A stretch of DNA of 64,000 nucleotides from Candidatus Fermentithermobacillaceae bacterium (GCA_014896535.1 JADBKE010000007.1:68571-132570), one strand, 5' to 3'; shown: positions 36,419 through 45,162, counted from the stretch's first letter. The notes: generated by a model from the sequence alone, not told the origin. Translations and numbers: made by a program.

Positions 36419-37651
36419 ATGAAAGACTTCAGTTTGAGCTCGGTTGGCTCGGGAGAAATTGGATCGCTAAAGGACTCTGGCCCGACGGCGGAGGACTGGT
36501 TCCTCTGCGTGAACTTCTACAGCGCGGGCGATATCATTGAGACTTACGGGGCCTGGCCGTACCATGTCTTGACTCCAAGGATCTTGGCCGATTTGTATAA
36601 TATGCCCTCCAGCACGCCGCTTGAGCAAGAACCGGCGGCTCGATCTTTTTTCAAAGTGCTGGAAGGCAGGATAGCTCCTGCTTTCCCCTTCCTTGGTGAA
36701 GAGGAAGGCAGCACATTGGAAAGCTTTTTTGCCAATCACCGGAGAGAGGTTTACCCGCCTGTCAAAGACCTTTTCTTAAGGCTGGCCGGCATCGAGAGTC
36801 CCGCTCCTCGGGAAGCTTCGCATGGAACGGGTGGGCTTTCCGACAAAGTGCTTCTTATATTCCAGCACCTCCTCATCTTGCGCCTCCGAGAAGAAGAAAG
36901 GAAGGCCGGCCTCTGGGAAAAAAGGACTCCTGCTCAAAAGAAAGGAACGCTGTTCGCGCTCAACCCCAGTAGCCGCACGACCTTTACCAGGATCAAAGCT
37001 CTTCCCGTGGGCAGGGACACGAGGCTTGCTTTCCCATGGGGCGGAATCTACAAAGCCTATGGAAAACTCTTGCCCCTGATGGAGAATAGGTACACTAAAT
37101 TCATCTTTTCTACGGCAGATGAGAATCTCCGCATGCTAATAGATGGTCACGTACTTAAACCGTTGGTCCTCTCGGGGCTCATGAAGCTCGAAGGTGACAT
37201 CGCGAATATGCAGAAGGGCGCGTATCTCATTCCCAACGTCCCTTCCGTATCTTGGGGCGAGATTGAAGGTCTGATGGAAGAAATCTCGATGGCTGCGCGG
37301 GATGTAGCACGAAAGACTCGCCCCCTCATACCGGACCTAGTGGATCTGTGGAGGTCTTCAAGGTATTCGTACCTCGATGGGCATGGTGATTTCGTTGAAA
37401 TGGCCTATACCGTCCTTTTGGGGCTTCTCATCTTTTGGGCAAACCAAGATGGAATTCTTCCCGACCCACCCGAGTTCAGCCTTGCTGGAAATTACGCAGC
37501 TGTGAAACGAACGTTTTGGGAGATTCTTTGCGGCAGGTACCCGCCTCTGCCGGGGATCGTTGTGCTCAAGGGCGCGAAAAGGGCGTGGGATTGGATCTTG
37601 AAACAGGCGGAAGGCGAAAACGTAACGGTCCGGGCCGTAGCGGTCCCTTAG
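36419..37651 (+). CDS. hypothetical protein (no recognised family)
   Basis: 410-aa ORF 25 nt downstream of the previous gene. Confidence 0.5.
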   Translation: MKDFSLSSVGSGEIGSLKDSGPTAEDWFLCVNFYSAGDIIETYGAWPYHVLTPRILADLYNMPSSTPLEQEPAARSFFKVLEGRIAPAFPFLGEEEGSTLESFFANHRREVYPPVKDLFLRLAGIESPAPREASHGTGGLSDKVLLIFQHLLILRLREEERKAGLWEKRTPAQKKGTLFALNPSSRTTFTRIKALPVGRDTRLAFPWGGIYKAYGKLLPLMENRYTKFIFSTADENLRMLIDGHVLKPLVLSGLMKLEGDIANMQKGAYLIPNVPSVSWGEIEGLMEEISMAARDVARKTRPLIPDLVDLWRSSRYSYLDGHGDFVEMAYTVLLGLLIFWANQDGILPDPPEFSLAGNYAAVKRTFWEILCGRYPPLPGIVVLKGAKRAWDWILKQAEGENVTVRAVAVP

Positions 37652-37657
37652 GGTGCC

Positions 37658-38364
37658 TTAGTAAGGAAACTGCTCGACCGCGCTGCGTATGCCACCTAAG
37701 AAAGCACGTAAAATCACGGCATCTTGAGGCCGACAGTGAGAAACTAGTAGGCCCGCGGAACTCCGCATGATGGTGCCCCAGGCCCGCGCAGCACCCGCCA
37801 GTCTGGACGCCCAAGACTGACCAGACAGCCGGGATTCGTCAATACATCTTCGCGTAGTACTTTGTATCATGGGGTGCCAGGAGAACCGTTTCTGCGACAT
37901 GCTGATGCTCGAACGCATCATCTGGACCCACTTGTCGCGCCTATCGTAATAACTCGGTAGGACCCCGCCGAAAGGCACCTTATACAGCGACTCCAAATCG
38001 TGCGCCTCTGAACCCTCGACGCCGTCCCCGAATTGCCAGCCGTTCACCCCGTGAACACAGGCTTCCGGCCACCACCCGTCGAGGATGCTCAGGTTTAACA
38101 CACCGTTCATAGCAGCTTTCATACCTGAGGTGCCGCAGGCCTCGAGAGGACGCCCGGGGGTTATTGAGCCAAACATCCGAACCCCTGGTCATGAGCCGGC
38201 CGATTTTCATGTCGTAGTTCTCGAGGAAGACCACGCTCTTTGGGATACTTCGGGGCGTAGCGAACCAGATTTGCAACTAGCTCCTTGCCCGTATCGTCCT
38301 GCGGGTGCGCCTTTCCGGAAAAGAACATCTGAATACGCCCGTCTTCCGGGTAAGGTTCAATCAC
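37658..38364 (-). pseudogene. glgP: alpha-glucan (glycogen) phosphorylase C-terminal remnant, >=2 frameshifts
   Basis: three consecutive minus-frame pieces: QMFFSGKAHPQDDTGKELV.. / VVFLENYDMKIGRLMTRGSDVWLNNP.. / ..EACGTSGMKAAMNGVLNLSILDGWW..; N-terminal ~500 aa absent. Confidence 0.6.
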
Positions 38365-38437
38365 CTCCGACCCCGTATGTCAACGGCGACTCTCACGCCC
38401 GTGTCCCCCGGTTGCCGAAAAGCAGAACCCGTCAACT

Positions 38438-38686
38438 GGGTGCCGCTTCTCAGTGCCCGGCGATGAGAGCGGCGGTGCTCAATTCCGGTAGCCAGCATTA
38501 TCACCGCCGCCTCGCCGGCTCATTTGGGAGTCACGGTCCCTTAGTCGCCCTCGGTTTCGGAAGCGTTTATTTCCCGAGCGTCCTCATATTCTCCGCTGTC
38601 CTGTGCAAGCACCGTTCCGTTAATCGACTCATTTTGGAATTCCATTAAACCTCAGTTAGAAGCAGATTAAACCTGAGCTTAAGGAT
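38438..38686. repeat. diverged copy A of PepSY-3'end / response-regulator-promoter junction (PepSY body deleted)
   Basis: ~85-100% identity to 45556-45729 plus 46344-46403; identical cores tatttcccgagcgtcctcatattctccgctgtcctgtgc and actcattttggaattccattaaacctcagttagaagcagattaaac. Confidence 0.6.
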
Positions 38687-38691
38687 CGGCT

Positions 38692-39054
38692 ATGGCGAGA
38701 ATCCAAGCTATGACCGGTCCCGAACAGGCGCACGGCGACTATAACCATGTAGATCTTGACGACCCGGAGTTAATAGGGTCGGCGGATGACGGCAGGATAT
38801 TAGTGCAAATCGCCGCTCCGGACGGGCGGGTATTGAACGCTTCAGGGACTTTGAGAGGCACCCTCCTGCCCCCAGGATACGTTGGTCCCCCAGTGCTGTC
38901 AGAAGTGAATGGACAACCAATGATCATCGCAGGAGAACGACTGGCCGGCGGGGCGCTGGTTCAGGTGGCCCGACCCGTGGGAAGGGAGAGAGCGTTTCTC
39001 AGGATGCTGGCCGGGGTTATTTCATACTCGTCCCGCTTCTGTTCGCTTGACTGA
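38692..39054 (+). pseudogene. decayed response-regulator receiver-like ORF (paralog of the fragment at 46447)
   Basis: begins right after repeat copy A; HGDYNHVDLDDPE / DGRILVQIAAPDG weakly parallel to NHEGYHVEIARDG / DLVLLD..PG of OmpR-type receivers; acidic pocket lost. Confidence 0.3.
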
Positions 39055-39340
39055 TAGACGCATATGCCCTTGATAGCCTCGGCCTGGAAAACGGGGTGCT
39101 GCTCCTCGAGAAAAACAAGGTCCAGCCTCAGAGGTTTGAAGAGCTCTTCCAACTCGTTGTAAAGTCTCGCGTAAAAGGAAGGACGCTCTGAGGGTCCGGG
39201 AAGAGGACCGTCGGTTACCACGCCCACGTCGATATCGCTCAGGGGGTCATCCTCCACCACTTTTTCCCCAGCGAGGATCTTAACCCCCGTGCAGGCGCGG
39301 GAACCGAACAGGTATACCAGCGAGAACCCCAGTCTGTATG
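38961..39340 (-). pseudogene. MNT-type nucleotidyltransferase (HEPN/MNT antitoxin-like), N-terminally truncated, no HEPN partner
   Basis: ...LVYLFGSRACTGVKILAGEKVVEDDPLSDIDVGVV (GS-x-DxD motif); frame bounded by a TGA only 10 codons upstream of the GS motif with no start codon. Confidence 0.5.
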
Positions 39341-39523
39341 CGCATCACAAGAGTGACCCGCAAAGTATGGCTGCCCGACAAGTACGGAAGCGTACCGCCG
39401 TATGTAGTTGACACCAACTTTCTCGTAAACGAGGACAGCCGGACCATAGGTAAGCTCTACGGTTGGTTGTCCGAGGAGCGCGCCCCCAAGCAGATAGTTA
39501 CCAGGGCTGCTCGGTTGTGCAGG

Positions 39524-41554
39524 TTAAGCGCCCTCAGTTTGAACGCTTACCGGTGAACCGTACTCGGTTCGGGCAGTTAGCGGTGGACCATGTCCTGTTC
39601 CGGCAGTCGCCGGCGAAGCAGTCTCCAGCTCGAGTAATTCCACGTCTTTTCTGAGATCACGTAGGTCCCAGCGCCGCTTCTGGTACACCGTGAACGCGCA
39701 GTTGTCCCAGTACCGAGATTCCTGAAGATCTCCTTGCTGTTCAAGGAGCTTCGAAAGCCACAGAGCAGCGCAGGCGGAGTCCCGTTCATCGCCGCTCTTA
39801 CGGAAATAATCAAAAGCCTGCCTTGCGCAGGAAATGGCTTGCCTCAGTTTGTTTTGCTGCTTGAAAATGGATGACCGGGTCAAACGAATCCAGCCGATTT
39901 CGTTATGGTTCCTTTCATTGAGGATCTGCTCAGCCTTCCTGAGCAAGGTCTCAGCTTCTTCCAGTTCACCCATTCTAGCATAGATCTTGGCGAGCTCCAC
40001 CTGGGTGTAGGCTATATTAGGATGGGCTGGGTTGTCGACATATGGACCCGCGCCCTTCTCGATGTGCTCCTTGGCTTCTTGTAACCGGCCCTCGCGGTAA
40101 AGGATCATCCCCAGGTTATTATGGGCAGCAGCCCGGTGAGCTTCTGTGGCATGTTCGTCCTGCAAAACACTGAGGAACCTCTGTTTAGCTGCAACCCACT
40201 TACGTTTTCGAAGATGGATGATTCCCGTAAGTAGCTCGTAATTGCACCGCAAGAATCCGATCCTGGGGTCTGCCGAATCTTGCCCCGAGAACCAATCCTC
40301 CAGTTTGGCACACTGTTGCTCGGCAGCATCCAGTCTTGTCAGTTCGATCAAACATGAGATGCTTGAGCAAAGGAGAGCCCCGTAGGTGTATGATCGTGCT
40401 AAGTGTTGTTCCTTAAGGCCCTGACGGTACCAGCGAAGAGCACCTACTGGATCTCTATCGAAGAATGCGTGTCCCATCCGAAGGCACACTTCGGCAGTCA
40501 AATCGGCAGTCAGATCGGATAGCCGGTCCTCGGTGGCGCAGCTCAGGGCAAGCGACCCGAGGGCTCTGGCGGCATCGCCCTCACCTGCCAATACCATACA
40601 GCGTGCGGCCTCACACAGGAGAATCGCCTCCTCACGACGGTTCTCGATCATACGACGGAGCAGAGCGGCTCTATGCCATGCATCTGCTGCATCAGTGAAC
40701 AAGCCGTCCTTCTCGAATAGCCGGGCAGCATGCTCAAATCGAAACGATGCTTGGTCTATGAGGCCCGCACGGAGGAGGCACCGGGCCAGCCTTAGTTGAA
40801 AAAATGGGCCCGAATCTGGATACATCTCCATGGCCCTGGCAAGGGTTAGGTACATTGCTTTAATCTTGTCTTGAGTGTAGACACAACTCAATGGGAACTG
40901 AGGAGCGGCTGCGCTCAGGTTTACGCGATATCCGTCGGTGCTTTCCGCTAGAGTGATCAGGCCCCGAGCTTGAAGATTTGAGGCTAGCTCGATAAACGCT
41001 TGCTCCGTAAGGTTCGCTGTGGCAAGCACCCACTCGCTTCTCGCGTGCGGGCCAGCAATGTGGCACACTGCAAGAAGTCTCTTTTCGGGTTCCTCCAGGG
41101 CAACTGTATCCGCGATCACCATCGAACTGTGGGATTGGAGTTCCTTGATAACAGTAGCCAGGAAGTTCCGCACTGTGCGCGCTTCCGCATCGTTCAGCAT
41201 GCCTGTTGTTAGGTAAAAAGGTGCCCTAAAATCGTGGCCGCGAATTAGGTCCAGAAAAGTATCGATAACTTGACGAAGTCTCATGCGGTCCCGATCTTGC
41301 AGTGAGGGCTGCGTCCGATCGGTTTCCCACGTAGATAACTCGGGCAGTTCTTCAGAGTACAGCACAGACAACGGGACCCCCAGAAACGAGGCGATCCGAT
41401 CCTTCATGTCGTCGCTAAGCCCTTTGGCCCCGTTCAGTACCAGTGAAAGATGCGAAGCGGAAATCTGCGTTCCTTTGGCCAGGTCCTTCAGTCGAAGGCC
41501 TCTCATCTCGAGGAATGCTTTCACGTTACGGGAAAAGAGCGCTTGTGACGGCAT
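39524..41554 (-). CDS. HTH-XRE / TPR transcriptional regulator (RNPP/PlcR-Rap-NprR-like architecture, 676 aa)
   Basis: N-terminal HTH_XRE (LRLKDLAKGTQISASHLSLVLNGAKGLSDDMKDRIASFLGV), then ~550 aa of TPR-like helical repeats; SD AGGAGG 8 nt before ATG. Confidence 0.75.
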   Translation of the reverse strand: MPSQALFSRNVKAFLEMRGLRLKDLAKGTQISASHLSLVLNGAKGLSDDMKDRIASFLGVPLSVLYSEELPELSTWETDRTQPSLQDRDRMRLRQVIDTFLDLIRGHDFRAPFYLTTGMLNDAEARTVRNFLATVIKELQSHSSMVIADTVALEEPEKRLLAVCHIAGPHARSEWVLATANLTEQAFIELASNLQARGLITLAESTDGYRVNLSAAAPQFPLSCVYTQDKIKAMYLTLARAMEMYPDSGPFFQLRLARCLLRAGLIDQASFRFEHAARLFEKDGLFTDAADAWHRAALLRRMIENRREEAILLCEAARCMVLAGEGDAARALGSLALSCATEDRLSDLTADLTAEVCLRMGHAFFDRDPVGALRWYRQGLKEQHLARSYTYGALLCSSISCLIELTRLDAAEQQCAKLEDWFSGQDSADPRIGFLRCNYELLTGIIHLRKRKWVAAKQRFLSVLQDEHATEAHRAAAHNNLGMILYREGRLQEAKEHIEKGAGPYVDNPAHPNIAYTQVELAKIYARMGELEEAETLLRKAEQILNERNHNEIGWIRLTRSSIFKQQNKLRQAISCARQAFDYFRKSGDERDSACAALWLSKLLEQQGDLQESRYWDNCAFTVYQKRRWDLRDLRKDVELLELETASPATAGTGHGPPLTARTEYGSPVSVQTEGA

Positions 41555-41620
41555 GAGTGATTCCTCCTGGAAAAGGCCTGTTCGTCTTCCGTACGCTACG
41601 CTTACATTTGCGGTACCTGC

Positions 41621-41878
41621 TCAGCTTCTACGATCCTGGTTCCCCCGATCGACGGGTGTAGGGCATCCCCTCCAATAGGGGGCTTCGGAGGCATCTGCGG
41701 ACCGTGGCGGACAACGTGGGGGGGGGTTCTCCCTACTGCCGATATCGATTAGGAGTCCAGATGGGCACGACCAGACCGTGTCCGTACCCGAAAAGGCAGA
41801 CCATCCCACGAACCAGAAGACCGTCAGCCACACCACTAAAGTCATAAAGAAGGATTTTGTAGTACGACTTAGCCTCAC
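41621..41878 (-). CDS. small secreted/membrane protein (85 aa) upstream of and co-oriented with the RNPP-like regulator
   Basis: GTG start with strong SD GGGGAGGTG (7-nt spacer). N-terminal hydrophobic segment MTLVVWLTVFWFVGWSAFSG, then a polar tail with 3 Cys (..WSCPSG..PPPRCPP..WRGCP..). Confidence 0.45.
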   Translation of the reverse strand: MRLSRTTKSFFMTLVVWLTVFWFVGWSAFSGTDTVWSCPSGLLIDIGSRENPPPRCPPRSADASEAPYWRGCPTPVDRGNQDRRS

Positions 41879-42282
41879 ATCTGGCCACCTCCCCTGTTAT
41901 CTGTTCTTTAACCGCCCATTGCTTTCCTTCTCAGGAAAGTAGGATACTGGAGCATAGCGCAGGAGAGATACCTCTACCTTGCTTGTTTGCCGTAAGAATA
42001 GTTTTTGACGGCGAACATATACATGGCGCAGCCGTATCAACGGTCCCAGTGCTCGGGAATTTGCCGGTAAGCGACTCGGACCTCGGACACACGTGCCAGG
42101 GAGTTCATCCAATATCCCGCGTTTTACCCCCGGTGAACCACATGAAACGTGGAAGCACCAAGCAGCTTGATCCAGGCCGACTAGCCTTGTACTGTCTGAA
42201 TTGGGGACTTCATCTGGAGTTGCCGCATGCTGAAAGGAGGGCTTCGCACGAAACCAGGCTAGACTCGAAGGAGGTGAGAAAT

Positions 42283-43494
42283 GTGTTCAAAGTGGAAAAG
42301 GTGAGTCTCCCAGCTTCCACGGGTCTGATCCGCCTACTCGCTGACGGAAAATGGTGCGGCTCGGGGTGTGGCGACGGTTGCGGCAGGGGGTGCGGATTGG
42401 AATGCTACAACTGATGGAAGCATCTGGCAGACTCCCTGAATTCATCGCGCAGCGTGGCAACGCGACTTTCGATGACGCCTGAATCGGCGGTAGCTATAGC
42501 TCGAGCCTGTGTTGAGAAAATAGGAGGGCCCGACTTCTACATGTTTTTCGGCGGCGAACCCACCATGAACATTGCAGCAATCAACCGGGTATTTGACGCG
42601 CTCGGCGGAGACAACGCTCCACAGTTGTTTGGAATTGTGACTAATGGCACCTTTTCGCGGAAGGAAATTCAGCACCTTCTCGAAACCCACAAGATGACCC
42701 TGACATTCAGCATCGATGGTCCCCAGGACATACACGACTTTCTGAGACCCTACAGCGATGGGCGCGGCTCGTTCAATACCGTCCTAGATAACTTACGGTG
42801 GGCTCAGCAGTTCACTAGAGTAGGCGTTGAAGCTACTTTCACACCAGATCATATAAAACGTGGGTACTCTCTTGTAGACCTGATCGAGTTCTTTCATAGC
42901 ATCGGGATAGACGGGCCTCATATCGTGCCAGTAGCACCCAGGAATGGTTACCGCGGGTTCGAGCCCGATATCCTAATACGCGAGTACAAACAAGCTATTG
43001 ACTATTGTCTACAGTCATTTGTCGAGGGCCGTCCCCGCTGGTACACGCTCCTAGTGAACATTCTCGGCGCTTTTGCCGACGGTCGCAAGCGCGAGTACCT
43101 TTGTCCTGCAGGTGTTTCGACCCTCTGCGTCGATTCCAATGGAGACCTTCATCCGTGCTTTATGTTTGTGGGTGCAGCGGAATTCCTGCTAGGGAACATT
43201 TTCCATCTCGACAAATCCGATTTTGAAAAACGAAGAGACACCTTTATCCGGGCCGCACGCAAGTCCAACCGCAGTAATTGCAGTTCTTGCTGGGCCTCTA
43301 ACATATGCGGCGGCTGTATGGGAAGTGCTTTCTGGGCGACCGGGTGCCTTACAGACAATGACCCCGCATGGTGTGAGCTCCAGAGGCAGACCATTGCGTA
43401 CGCTGCACAGAGGCTTTCCAAACTCCACAGCGATCAAGCAGCCTGGCAATGTTTCGTGGACACACTCACAAAGGCAACAAACGACGTCGAATGA
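42283..43494 (+). pseudogene. radical SAM/SPASM maturase, SCIFF-maturase paralog, with in-frame TGA at the third Cys codon of CX3CX2C (42412-42414)
   Basis: track ORFs 41983..42414 and 42454..43494 share one frame separated only by that TGA. Strong SD GAAGGAGGTGA 8 nt before GTG 42283, and no SD before 42454. Joined N-terminus STGLIRLLADGKWCGSGCGDGCGRGCGLECYN[TGA]WKHL..SMTPE..FFGGEP aligns with the SCIFF maturase N-terminal region (CNLRCRYC...KMSPE...FFGGEP); C-terminal SPASM region also parallels SCIFF maturase (C.AGV..GDL.PC..F.G..EF....CxSCWA..CGGGC). Confidence 0.7.
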
Positions 43495-43515
43495 GAACGG
43501 GAGGTAGTGATTCCT

Positions 43516-45162
43516 ATGATCGCTAATTTTGCATGGATGTTCCCTTTGATGCGCAGATATCGTGTACTGACGGCTGTGGTGATAGGGATAGGGGTATTTC
43601 ACTGTGTGGCGCGTATGGGCTATCCCTGGGCTCAGAAGGTCTTCATAGACTCGGTAATCATGCCGAAACGAGCCGACTTGCTACCCGCAGCAGCAGCCCT
43701 GTTTGTCGCGACTGCAGTACTTGAGATCGGGGCAATGCTTCTCAATACATACATCTCGACCCTTTACTCGCAGAAGATATTGCTCTCGCTCAGAGAGGAG
43801 ATATACGGGAAGTACCGGGCCAGTAGTTACGTAACGCAAACCCGAGTTGAGCCTGGTAAGGTAGTATCACTGATGCTATCGGACGCCTCATCTGTGAGCG
43901 AGACTTTTAATGAGGTTATTCCCGAGCTGGCTGGTACGCTTGGAACATTAATCGTATACACGGCGGTGCTAGTTGCCCTGAATTACCGCCTTTTCCTGAT
44001 AGCACTGCTATTCCTACCCATTTATCTGCTCGGCCCAAGGCGATTCTCCCCGGTCCTGTACGGCCGCGGCCAGCAGGTACAGTCTGCGATAGAGGGTCTG
44101 AACTCGGTTCTCCAAGACGATTTAGCCAGGACCACTGACGTGTACGCAGTGGGGGCCAGAAACTGGTCGGTGGCACGTGTCCTTCAAGCCGCAAAGCAGG
44201 TGATGTCCGCGGTCAAGAAGCAAGCAATAGCTCTCCAGTTGCTGGGTTCATCAGTATTCGGTTCACTCATCATCTCCCAGGTCACCCTGCTCGTGGTTGG
44301 CGGCTACTTCGTGATCAACGGTACGATGCAGCTCGGACTCCTTCTTGCTTACGTGTCTTACACATCAGGGTTCTTCAATGCCTGCAAAGAGGTTTTCAGG
44401 GTGTCCGCAAGTCTTGCTGGACCTAAGGCGGCTTGGGACCGGATAACCGAGTTTTTGAAGACACTAGATCCAATCCCTAGTGAAGGTGAGCCGGCGGAGT
44501 TGACCGTACCGTCAGTGCTCCTCGAGGGCATCACTTTTGGGTACCAGCCGGACTCGCCTGTTATCCATGAGGTAAGCTTATCCGCTGACAGAGGTTCTAC
44601 ACTTTGTATTGTGGGTGCGAGTGGTTCAGGTAAAAGCACCGTTCTCCAGATAATCGCCGGATTCTTAAAGCCGTGGCGAGGAGTGTGCAGGGTGTTTGGG
44701 CACGAGACTTCCGGACTACATCCCGACGAACTCAGAGGCGCGGTGTCGTATGTGGTGCCGAATCCCCGAATGTTCCACGCCAGTCTGAAGGAGAACATCC
44801 TTCTCGGCAGAGAAGTCCGTCCTGAAGGTCTCGCCGCGGCCTGTGAAGTATCCGGAGTGAACGAGTTCGTAAAGGAACTGCCCGACGGTCTTGATACTGT
44901 GCTTGGGGACAAAGGTTACGGGCTGAGTTTGGGTCAACAGCAGCGAGTGGGTCTGGCGAGGGCTCTGGTTGGCAGGCCGAAGATTCTCGTTCTAGATGAA
45001 GCACTCTCGGGTGTGCATCCGCCGTTAGCAAGCCAGATCCTGACGCGCCTCAAAGAGTTCCAGCGGGATGGCATAATCATCCTCGCGACACACCGGGCGG
45101 ATACTATAGCCCACGCAGATCGAGTCGTTAACCTGGAGAATGGGAGATGCGTTGGGCCGTAA
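43516..45162 (+). CDS. ABC transporter, fused permease/ATP-binding protein (peptide-exporter type)
   Basis: 6-TM N-domain; Walker A GASGSGKST, signature LSLGQQQR, Walker B ILVLDEA; start set at ATG 43516 (SD GGGAGG). Confidence 0.8.
   Translation: MIANFAWMFPLMRRYRVLTAVVIGIGVFHCVARMGYPWAQKVFIDSVIMPKRADLLPAAAALFVATAVLEIGAMLLNTYISTLYSQKILLSLREEIYGKYRASSYVTQTRVEPGKVVSLMLSDASSVSETFNEVIPELAGTLGTLIVYTAVLVALNYRLFLIALLFLPIYLLGPRRFSPVLYGRGQQVQSAIEGLNSVLQDDLARTTDVYAVGARNWSVARVLQAAKQVMSAVKKQAIALQLLGSSVFGSLIISQVTLLVVGGYFVINGTMQLGLLLAYVSYTSGFFNACKEVFRVSASLAGPKAAWDRITEFLKTLDPIPSEGEPAELTVPSVLLEGITFGYQPDSPVIHEVSLSADRGSTLCIVGASGSGKSTVLQIIAGFLKPWRGVCRVFGHETSGLHPDELRGAVSYVVPNPRMFHASLKENILLGREVRPEGLAAACEVSGVNEFVKELPDGLDTVLGDKGYGLSLGQQQRVGLARALVGRPKILVLDEALSGVHPPLASQILTRLKEFQRDGIIILATHRADTIAHADRVVNLENGRCVGP

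Noticed and set aside
38085-38648. 187-aa plus-strand ORF
   Set aside because: Antisense to the glgP relic and spans the repeat junction; no SD and a low-complexity product.
41983-42282. Long N-terminal extension of the Cys-rich ORF from TTG 41983 (143 aa in the six-frame track)
   Set aside because: No SD before 41983, whereas the GTG at 42283 has a near-perfect SD. The extension has no similarity to rSAM N-termini and is likely untranslated leader.
42412-42470. Selenocysteine insertion at TGA 42412 (SECIS element)
   Set aside because: No convincing bacterial SECIS hairpin is visible in the 40 nt after the TGA and Sec machinery genes cannot be assessed from this window. Kept only as an explicit alternative in the main finding.
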